Assembly (NCBI GenBank): GCA_021498095.1
Contig: JAIZWK010000001.1
Location: forward strand, 1,590,001 to 1,622,000
Source: Candidatus Harpocratesius repetitus
GTDB lineage: Archaea > Asgardarchaeota > Lokiarchaeia > Sigyniarchaeales > Promethearchaeaceae
Direction of reading: 5' to 3'
DNA: 32,000 bases
Position numbers and translations under genes: made by a program. Positions 1 through 8,937 of the stretch are shown piece after piece (the first letter of the stretch is position 1; each line of letters starts with the position of its first letter). The notes beneath the pieces are model-generated. The model was not told the origin of the DNA. It was given only the letters and a program-made list of their open reading frames with translations, and searched no databases.

Positions 1-1
1 T

Positions 2-358
2 CCTTATTTTCATCCTCTTCAATTAATGCAGATAATTGATTTATTTTATTCTAACTTTATAATAGATCAACCTCGATTTGAAGATGTTACTTCTCAAAAA
101 TATCTTTTCAACCAAGAGCGAAACAGAATTATAAAAGACAGAAAATGACTTCCATTTAAACACTTGAAATGGACGACAAAAAACCACTTTTTTCATTCTG
201 ATCTCGGAGAATTTGTTCTGCCTTCGGCTTTTGAAAGGAATTATTTTTGTAACTTGAGTAACTGAACTGAAGGAAAGATTTCTATAATTAAACGAATCCG
301 GCGTGGTAATTTATCAAGAAAAATGCTAAGAAACGAATCAAAAAGTACAAAAGGGATT
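2..358 (+). pseudogene. Degraded 5' part of a gene, probably the N-terminal portion of the TOPRIM-domain gene that resumes at 2129
   Basis: Manual translation of frame +2 gives PYFHPLQLMQIIDLFYSN...KDRK*LPFKHLKW...NLSN*TEGKISIIKRIRRG...KGI*. There are only two internal stops (TGA 146-148 and 263-265) in 119 codons of very AT-rich DNA. The frame is the same as 2129..3499. The frame is open at the window edge. Confidence 0.5.
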
Positions 359-418
359 TAAGATTATAGATTGTTGCCAAACGCTCTACAATATTCCCTA
401 AAAGAGGTCTTAAATCCC
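353..418. repeat. Perfect 11-bp inverted repeat directly upstream of the transposase ATG
   Basis: GGGATTTAAGA (353-363) and TCTTAAATCCC (408-418) are exact reverse complements. The ATG is at 419. Confidence 0.6.
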
Positions 419-2125
419 ATGATTAATAATACGGAGCTCTTAAAAGAATTTACGGATTTCATCAATCTTTTTGATCAACCATCAAAACAGGCAAAAATCC
501 CCCATTCTTCTTCAGAAGTCCTAAATAGAATTGGTTTAACCCAAATAACTGCCATTCTTACAAATTCAGACACTGCATTTGCTCATCAGCTCTTAAAATC
601 AATTTCAACTTTTTTTTTATCCATTCTTAAATCCATTGCCGATACTGAAGATCCTAAGCGCACATTAGAGCAAATCTTAAAGAAATTCAATCCAGATCAA
701 CCAGCAAACTTACTTTCTACAAGTAGATCTTGTGTTCAAGCTCACATTCCACAAATGACAAAAAGTCAACTTGACGACCATTTGGAGCGTGAATATAAGA
801 AAGAATTGAAGATATTAGATGATTATCATGCAAAATCTAAGTCTGTAGCTCTTGCGATTGATATGACGCACGAAAAAGTCTCCACGAAGTATAAAAATAA
901 TCAACATTCATACGTTAGAATCGGACAACGGAAAGTATGGGAGACAAGCTTTAATTACTCAGCCATATATGATATTACTCATCAAAAGTTCTTGGGATTT
1001 AAGCATTTCAATGAACACAAAGTTGCAAACACAAATAAAAACCTTCAGCCATGGATTCTTCATTTACAAAATAAAATATCCGCTGTAAAAGAGGCAAAGT
1101 GTCAAGTTGAATTGATTGAAGCCGATAGGGGTTATTATAACTCTGAATTTTTTGCACTTTCTTATTTAGGAAAGATGCGGGGGTTTGACGTACCGTCTGA
1201 GTTTATCCGCTGTAATGTACCAACTAAGTTTACTGCAGGAAAAGAAGAATCTATATGGAATTTTCTGATTGATGAACAATCTAATCAAGTTTCTTTACAA
1301 TCTATGCAGTTAAACCATTATTGTCCGCCGAAACTTCGAGATTTATGCCGTAAATATAATGTTCCTTATGAAGATGGATATTATAAGATTCCTGTAGCCC
1401 AGGTTGTTTTAATAGATGAATATAAAAAAGGAAAATCCAGATCATTTGAATCTATAAAAAATGAAGCTTTTTCAATCCAAAATAGATTGCTTTCTATTCG
1501 GGAGCAGTTAAAACTCGCTGAAGATAAGTATTTCAAATTCCAACAAGCGACTAAAAAAAATCCACGCCGACTCAAATACAGGAAAGCCAAACGACGGAAA
1601 AAATTCAGCAATACTGAGGAAGAACGACTTTATCGCCTCTGTTATTCACTCTATGATCACAAAATTCGTTTGAAAGAGAAAAAGAATAAATTAATTCATG
1701 CTGTCACCTTCTTTACCATCTCGATTGCACCAGGAGAAGATCCTACGAAGTTGAACGGTAAATTTATCAAGTTTGCAAAGGACTATCATGAACGATGGGG
1801 GATTGAAAATGGTTTTCGAGATACGAAATACCAGTTTTTACATAAGAGTCGTTCCCAAAAATCTACACGACGACAATTTTATTGGATCGCAGGATTAGAA
1901 CTGTATAATCAATGGCAGCGACATAAACTGCTGGATCTTTTAGTACAAGAACGGGATCGCGTTCACAATATTGTTCCGTGGAATTCTCGACGTCGACATA
2001 TCCGAAAAAAACTAGAGAAAATGAGCCGTACAAAATGGTCTGCCAAGTTCTATTTGCTACGTTTGTGGGAAACTGGGCTTAATTTATGTGCTAAATCCAT
2101 TTTAGATCTAGGAGATAAAAGTTAA
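371..2125 (+). CDS. DDE transposase, IS4 superfamily (ISH3-like); likely start ATG 419
   Basis: Catalytic motifs are present: LAID (D1), ADRGYY (D2) and YHERWGIENGFRDTK (Y-x2-R-x3-E-x6-K signature), with a long insertion between D2 and E. Confidence 0.9.
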   Translation: MLPNALQYSLKEVLNPMINNTELLKEFTDFINLFDQPSKQAKIPHSSSEVLNRIGLTQITAILTNSDTAFAHQLLKSISTFFLSILKSIADTEDPKRTLEQILKKFNPDQPANLLSTSRSCVQAHIPQMTKSQLDDHLEREYKKELKILDDYHAKSKSVALAIDMTHEKVSTKYKNNQHSYVRIGQRKVWETSFNYSAIYDITHQKFLGFKHFNEHKVANTNKNLQPWILHLQNKISAVKEAKCQVELIEADRGYYNSEFFALSYLGKMRGFDVPSEFIRCNVPTKFTAGKEESIWNFLIDEQSNQVSLQSMQLNHYCPPKLRDLCRKYNVPYEDGYYKIPVAQVVLIDEYKKGKSRSFESIKNEAFSIQNRLLSIREQLKLAEDKYFKFQQATKKNPRRLKYRKAKRRKKFSNTEEERLYRLCYSLYDHKIRLKEKKNKLIHAVTFFTISIAPGEDPTKLNGKFIKFAKDYHERWGIENGFRDTKYQFLHKSRSQKSTRRQFYWIAGLELYNQWQRHKLLDLLVQERDRVHNIVPWNSRRRHIRKKLEKMSRTKWSAKFYLLRLWETGLNLCAKSILDLGDKS

Positions 2126-2128
2126 AAA

Positions 2129-3499
2129 GTGAAAGAAGTAAAAAAACCAATTCAAAAAGAAGAAAGAAATTCTGATTATCTTTTTGGGAATTACGTAAAT
2201 CCACAAGAAACTTTGGATATCTGGGAAAATAATCAATTTACCCCTAATTTATTACAAAAAAAGAAATTACAAATTAGTAAGAACCATTTATGGTTGTCTG
2301 AGCGAATATTAGAATTATGGGTGAAATTGGAAAACATTTTCATCAAAAATACTTTGATCACAAATTATCAATTTCAAAGTCAAAGGTATTATGAAACAAG
2401 AGTTCCAAAATCTGAAGTACAAGAATATAATGAATGGAGAAAATCCCTTGATATAAAAGGACTTTTTTCAGATGAAGAAATTCAAGTCTTAGAAAATTTA
2501 TTATATTGGATTAAACGAAGAGCAGAAAATTATGGAATGGGATTAGAATATGAATTTGAAATACTTCCTTATCTAAAATCTCAAAAATTTACCAAATCTC
2601 TTTGGATTGCTTCACAATTTTTAGAAATTCAAAGATATTTAATTCGATGTTTATACTATATAACAGAACAAGATTATACAATTCAACGAGCATTTCCAGG
2701 TAAACCCGATTTTATTTGTCTTGATATTAGGGAATATCAAAAATACCTTACTCGTATTTCTATTCATCACGGTTTACGAATTCACACATTCAAACTAATT
2801 GTTGAAGGGAAAACTGAAGAAGTATTAATTCAAAAATATATTGATACTTTCTGGCATTCCTCATGGGCAAAAGTTATCAATATGAGAGGAGTAGACAATT
2901 ATTCCCCCTATGAGCAAGTTTTCAGGGAAGTAAATGATACATATTATTGGTATTTACTCGATTTTGATAACGGGCAACACGAAGAAGAATTCAAAGATAT
3001 TTCTAATAAAACATGGTTTTACCCCGATTTTATTACAGAATTCTTTACTCCTGATGAAATAATTGCTTCCCTAAATAAATTATTAATAGACAAAAATATA
3101 GAACAAGATCGGATTGATTATTTTGAACAAAGACTAAAAATCTTATTGGAAAAGCTTAAAAGGATTATATCAAATTCTAAAGAAGGCTTTGAATTAGTAA
3201 TAACAGAATTTATCTTTGATGATCAAAGTTTAAAGAAGATAATCTTTCCAAATTATTCTAAATGGAAAACTAAATTTCAATTGCTTAAGAAAGGTATCAA
3301 AAAAACTCTAAAAAATCTACTAAATAAACAACTTTCGTTATATTTAGAACCTTGTTTTATTAGAATTGTTAATAATCGCCATGTAAGAAACAAAAAATTT
3401 GATGAAAAGATGAATTCATTTCTAAAGTATTGCGATAGTTTTTTAGCGGTTAATTGGATGCAACAAGCATCAAAACAAAATAAAAAGAGCAATTCTTGA
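2129..3499 (+). CDS. TOPRIM-domain protein (OLD/nuclease-type TOPRIM), probably 5'-truncated by the IS
   Basis: Contains FKLIVEGKTEE (conserved E), VINMRGVDN and YLLDFDNG (DxD). The GTG start lies only 3 nt after the transposase stop. Confidence 0.6.
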   Translation: MKEVKKPIQKEERNSDYLFGNYVNPQETLDIWENNQFTPNLLQKKKLQISKNHLWLSERILELWVKLENIFIKNTLITNYQFQSQRYYETRVPKSEVQEYNEWRKSLDIKGLFSDEEIQVLENLLYWIKRRAENYGMGLEYEFEILPYLKSQKFTKSLWIASQFLEIQRYLIRCLYYITEQDYTIQRAFPGKPDFICLDIREYQKYLTRISIHHGLRIHTFKLIVEGKTEEVLIQKYIDTFWHSSWAKVINMRGVDNYSPYEQVFREVNDTYYWYLLDFDNGQHEEEFKDISNKTWFYPDFITEFFTPDEIIASLNKLLIDKNIEQDRIDYFEQRLKILLEKLKRIISNSKEGFELVITEFIFDDQSLKKIIFPNYSKWKTKFQLLKKGIKKTLKNLLNKQLSLYLEPCFIRIVNNRHVRNKKFDEKMNSFLKYCDSFLAVNWMQQASKQNKKSNS

Positions 3500-3556
3500 A
3501 CAGAAGTATATTGCAAATCACTTTAAACAAATGATTATTGATTTGATTACGAAATA

Positions 3557-4115
3557 ATGGTGAGTTCTGATTTGAAAAAATATAAAGTTCATGAATTTTC
3601 AAAATTCAAGCTTTCAAAGAATTCAAATCAATTTCCTTTTATTGTATGCCCAAAAAAGAATGAAATTCTCTCATCTTGGATTGCGAGATTAGCAGAAGCT
3701 AACTTTTCTTCCTTCTCCTACTTTTTGAATAATTTGTATCTCACTGAGAAAGATCTTCTTCTCAAAAATGATAATCGTCCAAATTTTTCAAATGTGGACA
3801 TAAATACTCAATGTCCTCCACAAATTATAAATATTCTTTCCGAAAAAACAGGAATTAAGAAAAATGAGATAGAATTCCTAACTATGAATTCATGAGATGA
3901 GTCCATTCCATCAAAATTGAAAATAAGTTTTAAATCAAGAGTATTTGGTTCCATTCGATACTGTCCTTTATGTTTGAAAGAAGAAATTCCCTACATCAAA
4001 AAAGAATGGGCTGCTTCATTTAATACCATTTGTCAAAAGCATATGGTTTATCTCCACAATTTTTGCCCCAATCCGGAATGCAATAGACCAATATATATTT
4101 CTAAGAAAAATCATG
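3557..4115 (+). pseudogene. tniQ: TniQ/TnsD-family gene, interrupted by an in-frame TGA (3893-3895) and truncated at about 4115
   Basis: N-terminal FPFIVCPKKNEILSSWIARLAEAN and Zn-binding RYCPLCL..W....CQKH..L...CPNPEC are TniQ hallmarks. ORFs 3557..3895 and 3917..4246 are in the same frame, reading LTMNS*DESIPSKLK across the stop. Confidence 0.8.
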
Positions 4116-4357
4116 ACACTGATAATATTGAACCCTTCTCCCTTTCCGTTTATGAGTGCCATATACTCCGACGACAGCAGAGCGACATTCTGGGCACAAA
4201 ACAGGTGTTATATATAGTAATTCATCCCTTCTATCTTCGAAATTAACGTATGATGGCTCGAATAATGGAGGGTATTCCTTTTTAGGGCGTCCTACCATAG
4301 GATAACACATGATCGACACGATTTAAACATTTCCAAAATATCGGTTTGCGAACTGAC
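4101..4357 (-). mobile_element. Truncated IS: N-terminal Zn-ribbon fragment of a transposase (IS1/IS6/IS1595-like); likely start ATG 4298
   Basis: The sequence CPECRSAVVGVYGTHKRKGRRVQYYQC is the CPxC...G..QxYxC ribbon typical of these transposases. It ends right after the ribbon with no DDE core. A possible outer end lies near 4357 (GTCAGTTCGCAAA on the minus strand), unverified. Confidence 0.55.
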
Positions 4358-4787
4358 TTGAAATAGATGATTAAGAAGGTCTACGTTTTCATCCTAAATT
4401 TCAACGAGATTGCCAAAAATAATTCTTTGAAAGATGATTTAGGAATAATTTAAAAAATAGGGATTCTCTTAATTGATCCTTTATCTTTAAAAATAGTCAA
4501 AATGGGATATATTCCTTAAAAAAATTCTAAGGGCTTCTTAATATTCCGACCTAAAATTTACTTAATGCTTAACCGGTTATGAATTACTCGAAAATCATCA
4601 TTTCGCTGCCGCTGGGTGTTTTTCTGTAGGTGGTTACATGGAACGTGTGGCTGGAGTTCGGGCGGCTGGTGCCGTTTTTCGGGGTGCCGGAAACCGTTAT
4701 CATGCTGGTTTTTATCATGCTGGTCTGCGGGAATAAGGTAGGAATTAATGATTAGATCAAAGCTTAACAGATATCATTTGATTTTTT

Positions 4788-5135
4788 TCAATAATCTTCG
4801 ATCAAATCTTTCCAAATTTCGCATTCTTTCCGCTTTCCGCAGGAAAAACACGGGCCATCGGTCCAGAAATAGGATTTCGATTTCTGCCGCCGTACGTTCC
4901 CATTCGCCAAATGGAGTTTTGGTATAACTGCCAGCACCGGTAGACGATTTTTGGGGCATTGGCAACCTGTCGGTTCAATACTTCCTTGCTTGGGAAGAGA
5001 ATAGGAGGTTTTTCCGCACGATTCATTGATACATTTGGCGTAGCGTTTATGCTGACGGGTCTTGAATAAATATATTTCATCACTGCAGGCAGGACAATCG
5101 CCTAGGTATGTTTGAGCATACATGGTATAATTCAA
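4788..5135 (-). CDS. Small stand-alone Zn-ribbon protein resembling type IA topoisomerase C-terminal Zn-ribbon repeats; likely start ATG 5123
   Basis: CPAC...KRYAKC...C..SYSLPKQGSIEPT.C.CP...PVL resembles the TopA C-terminal ribbon pattern. A further CFSC...C follows. Confidence 0.6.
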   Translation of the reverse strand: MNYTMYAQTYLGDCPACSDEIYLFKTRQHKRYAKCINESCGKTSYSLPKQGSIEPTGCQCPKNRLPVLAVIPKLHLANGNVRRQKSKSYFWTDGPCFSCGKRKECEIWKDLIEDY

Positions 5136-5429
5136 GATATTGGTTGATTTTAAAATCGAAAAATGTTGGATTCCTATCTGAAAACCATAGATTTATTTGA
5201 GATATCTTTCCAATGATATACTGTAAAGGCGGGCGCTTCAGTATTATTTTGTCTTTTTGGATACCACTGAATTTTTGTAAACTTGCGGATTTCGGTGGAT
5301 GATTACACCTATTTTTAATTTAGGTTTTTCTTTTAGGGGCGATTTGCCCTTCTGGAGCGCTACCTTTACTCTTCCTTATGATAAGTATGTGAAATAAAAT
5401 TCCTTTAAAATCGAAATATTGAAATTCAA

Positions 5430-7217
5430 ATGGGTTTGGTTAAACAAAGTTTTAAGGAAGAATGTATTATTGATAAAAATGTGGTGTCGATTTATCCGGA
5501 AAGAGATGAATCAAAACTATACCAAGACAGAGTTTATTGTAATAAGTGTGGAAATTTATTGGGTTATTTTAAAAAAGATAATCCCAAATATAAAAAAGAT
5601 AAAATTATTTGCCTTGCTTGTGAAAATTTGTATGTTATCAAAAAAGAAATTGTTTTAGATTATTTGGAATATGAAAAATTTCTAACAGAAAAAATCTTTC
5701 AAATTTTTTTGGAATTTAATGATCAAAAACGATGCATTAAAACAATTCTAAATCTCCGAGAAACGCAAGGAAGTTATTATGATCAAAATTTTTCAACAGA
5801 ACCATCTGTTACAGCAACAGGGGGAATAGTAATTAGTATAAATTATTTGATTTTGATGGATTTGGCAATTGGGTTGTTTTTAGAAAATTATATTAATGTA
5901 AATACTTCCCAAAATGGCTTTGATGCTTCAGAATTTGCTAAAATAATTCATAAATATCAAAAAATATTTCAACAAATCTATTCGATTAAGCAAAACAAAT
6001 CATGTATGATAAAGATAAGCGATGATTATTATAATTTTAATTACACGTTCTCAGATGAATATATTCCATCATTGGAACAATTTGGTCTTACAAGGCGCAA
6101 CCTTAACTCTGAAGAGAATTCTTCGAAAATTATGAAAATCGCAGAGGAATTAGAAGACAGGGATAATATAACTCATAATTTATACTTGGTTTCGATTATG
6201 CTACGCGGTGCAATCTCTATAAATTTTCCTGAAAGAAGCGCAAATGTATTTTCTTTTGATCAATTTGATGATTTTATCAAAAAACTTATCCATGATTTTA
6301 TTGCATATATGGAATATAAATATAAGGATAAAGTTGGAAAAACACAATCTGATTTAGCAAATAACCAAAATTTCTTTATTTCACTTTCTTTGAACGATTT
6401 CTTCTTAGATTTCAAAGATCACATTTTAAAATCTCATCCAATAAATTCCAATTTAACCGATGAATCAATTAAGGAAATTTTTGAAAAAATAAAACGAGCA
6501 TTTATTTCTTCTAAATATAATAACATTATGCCCCCTATTTTCGTTTGTAATATTTTCGACTCTAAAATTTATTTTGGTCCAAATTCTTTGTTTTTTTACC
6601 GCTCTTTATTAGAGGCTTCAATTGAATGGCTAAAAATTAAATCCCATTTTGATGAATGGTGTGATAATAGATTTTTTGAAAAAATTTTTGAAATTCTTAA
6701 ATCTTGCGGGATTAACTGCTACGATGACAGCCTCCCTAATCCTTTTTTACTTAGAGAAATTAAAAATAAGAAAAATGATGGATTCGAAATTGATATATAC
6801 GGAAGAAAAGATGATATTCTATTTCTTTTTGAGCTGAAATCTTTTAGACCTTCGCCCTTTTTTGATTCTATTGTTCATAGAAAATCTCGTTTTAATAGAT
6901 GCGATCACTTCGAGGCTCAAATTTTTAATCCTAATAAAGCTTATAATTTTTGGCAAAACATCTCTTTGAAATCTTTATCTGATCCAAATGGTTTTTGGAA
7001 TCTTAATCTTCGAAAAAAAAATCATAAAACAGGCAAATTTGAATCAATTAGGATAAAATTTAAGCACAATTTTCCGCCAAAATTTATAGTTCCAATTTTT
7101 GTAAATCAGCTAAGTGAATTGCCAAACAGTAAAAATTATAAAATTAATTTGGTTATTCAATCAGAATTGAGATTTTTTCTTCAAAATCAAAAATTATGGA
7201 AAAAATATAGATTGTAA
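5430..7217 (+). CDS. Hypothetical protein with an N-terminal Zn finger and a C-terminal PD-(D/E)xK (NERD-like) nuclease domain
   Basis: CNKC...CLAC lies near the N-terminus. FEIDIYGRKDDILFLFELKS fits the ID...ExK nuclease core. The DNA is very AT-rich. Confidence 0.6.
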   Translation: MGLVKQSFKEECIIDKNVVSIYPERDESKLYQDRVYCNKCGNLLGYFKKDNPKYKKDKIICLACENLYVIKKEIVLDYLEYEKFLTEKIFQIFLEFNDQKRCIKTILNLRETQGSYYDQNFSTEPSVTATGGIVISINYLILMDLAIGLFLENYINVNTSQNGFDASEFAKIIHKYQKIFQQIYSIKQNKSCMIKISDDYYNFNYTFSDEYIPSLEQFGLTRRNLNSEENSSKIMKIAEELEDRDNITHNLYLVSIMLRGAISINFPERSANVFSFDQFDDFIKKLIHDFIAYMEYKYKDKVGKTQSDLANNQNFFISLSLNDFFLDFKDHILKSHPINSNLTDESIKEIFEKIKRAFISSKYNNIMPPIFVCNIFDSKIYFGPNSLFFYRSLLEASIEWLKIKSHFDEWCDNRFFEKIFEILKSCGINCYDDSLPNPFLLREIKNKKNDGFEIDIYGRKDDILFLFELKSFRPSPFFDSIVHRKSRFNRCDHFEAQIFNPNKAYNFWQNISLKSLSDPNGFWNLNLRKKNHKTGKFESIRIKFKHNFPPKFIVPIFVNQLSELPNSKNYKINLVIQSELRFFLQNQKLWKKYRL

Positions 7218-7230
7218 ATTATTCAAAATC

Positions 7231-7255
7231 AATTCAGAATTCTTGAATTTTTTTT
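7231..7255 (+). terminator. Possible terminator between convergent genes
   Basis: A near-palindrome AATTCAGAATTCTTGAATT ends in a T8 run (7248-7255), just after the 7217 stop. Confidence 0.3.
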
Positions 7256-8682
7256 AAAAGGTGATCACGAACATCTCAAACTCATCAAGCCACCATTGCA
7301 CCGCTTCCTGTCGATTTTCATCCACTTCCTCCGATTTACGCGCCAGATCCCAGCAATCTTGAAAATCCGACTCCGAACCTTCATGATGTGCCAACCCTTC
7401 GATTTCTTGTTTCAGTGTGTTTTTTAATTCTAGCAGAGCTTGGGAGGGTTGTTCGTGCATCATTTTCATGCGGGCTTGGATGAGGGCGGTCATGAATCTC
7501 TGCTTGAGATCTTCTTTCCAATCCATTTGATTATTTTCTATTTTCTGATTAAATTTCTCAAAATGGGTGCTTGGTAATGATTCAAGATTATTTTCTAATG
7601 TTTGGTTGTTATATGAGTTGTTATTTCCAGTATGTTCATCTCGGCTTTTATTATCGTTATTTGCTCTATTAATTTCATTCGTTATATGTTCATCTATGTT
7701 GTTGTAATATGGTTTATCCAGATTTTCTATTTCTTCTAAGTCGTTTGGTATTTCATCTGTGGTTTGAAAAAAATCTTCATCTAAAAAATTTAAAACCTCA
7801 TCATTATGAAATTGAAATTCCGGTTGGTTGTCTGCGGGCAGTGAATTGCTCTCGCCCTCATGTTTGGGATAAATCGGAAGATGGGTTTGAATATCTTGAA
7901 AAATATTTTCTTCTGTCTCATTTTCTTCTACGCCTTGATCTGGTAGATTTTTGTTTTTGATTTGATGATTTTGATTAAGCCGATATTCCGAAAGCATTTT
8001 TTTGGTTTTTGCGGTGGTGACATATCCTGTTAAATCTACTCCCGAACCTCCGGCAAATGTGGTCTGGTCTAAATAACTTGTGCGCTCCAATTGATTGATC
8101 CACTCTCTGCACTTCTCTGTTTGGTTTTGGGGGGGATTTGATGAGTGCGCAGATAATCGTAGTTCTTTCCAACAGTTCATTCAACAGAGTGGTGGAAGAT
8201 AAAACAGAATAATTGTCTAATACTGAATCCAAGTGTTCCAGAAAATTATGCAGAATGGGAATTAAATCATTTTGGCCGCTGAAATCAAACTCCAGATAAT
8301 TGCTCGGGGTATTAGTGCTTGATGGTCTGGTTGATTGATTAGATAATTGAATTGCTCCATTTGATCCATTTATTCTGTTTATTCTATTCATCTCGTTTAT
8401 CTCATTTGTTTCGTCTTTTTCATCTTTTTGTTCTTTTTGTTCTTTTTGATTAAGTTCTTCAATTTTTGCTCTAAAACGGAAAATGTAAGGAAAACGGATT
8501 GAAGCCCGATAAACCATGCAATCAAATTCCCGCAGGCTCTGAAGCACCTTTTCTTGATAAGATGCTTTTCGGGTGGCTTTATTAAAAGTATTGGTATATG
8601 ATTGATCGATATTGAGAAGATTATGGAGAATTTTGAGAGTTTGGGAATTCTGAGTGCGGTAGGCAAAAATATCTTGTAGCAT
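7254..8682 (-). pseudogene. Orphan gene split into overlapping ORFs 7975..8682 and 7254..8180, probably by a frameshift at a G7 tract (8129-8135)
   Basis: Removing one G gives one frame of 1428 nt (475 aa) reading ...CALIKSPQNQTEKCREWINQLER.... The same frame extends upstream through an in-frame TAG (8752-8754) to an ATG at 8775. No family was recognised. The protein has acidic and Asn-rich low-complexity stretches. Confidence 0.5.
8357..8449. repeat. Degenerate 9-bp tandem repeat within the orphan gene (QKE/NEI/NRI tripeptides)
   Basis: TCTTTTTCA-TCTTTTTGT-TCTTTTTGT-TCTTTTTGA at 8414-8449, plus six more degenerate 9-mers at 8357-8410. Confidence 0.6.
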
Positions 8683-8937
8683 ATTAGCTTTTTTTCCACC
8701 GGTTAGCAGTAGACCTTCGAGTAGGGTGAGTTGGGCTTCCTCTATGTTTTTCTATTTTTGTTTGACCCGACCCATTGAAGGGGGTTTATCTTCAATTTGG
8801 ATGCGTTTGGCTATTCTCTTTAAACAAAGAGCTGAATCGGGGTCATAGTTGAAGAATATATAAATAAAAATCGTTTTATTGAAAAAGCGATAAGGCTACG
8901 GTTAAGGGACGAGCAAAGAAATAACCAGAAAAATTAG

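Larger units (their letters stand above)
349..2125 (+). mobile_element. Insertion sequence, IS4 superfamily (ISH3-like); ends uncertain
   Basis: Defined by the transposase ORF. A candidate imperfect terminal inverted repeat is AAAAGGGATTTA (349-360) versus TAAATCCATTTT (2092-2103), an 11/12 match. No convincing target-site duplication was found. Confidence 0.6.

Noticed and set aside
340-2130. AAAAGT or AAAAAGT as the IS target-site duplication (340/341-346 and 2117-2122 or 2124-2130)
   Set aside because: These are short A-rich words expected by chance. The implied ends show no terminal inverted repeat and do not restore an open frame.
146-3895. TGA recoding (Trp, Gly or Sec) suggested by three in-frame TGA codons at 146, 263 and 3893
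   Set aside because: All Trp codons in the neighbouring 456-aa ORF and in tniQ are TGG. TGA is the real stop of several intact genes (for example 10924, 11902, 29744). Other breaks in the island are TAA, TAG or frameshifts. Nonsense mutation in a decaying island is simpler.
5080-5319. Stop-free minus-strand frame of about 80 codons upstream of the Zn-ribbon gene
   Set aside because: It has no start codon before the overlap with the Zn-ribbon gene and no recognisable motif. It may be chance or a decayed fragment.
8752-8754. In-frame TAG as a possible pyrrolysine codon
   Set aside because: It is not in a known Pyl protein family, there are no pyl genes in the window, and the same gene also has a frameshift.
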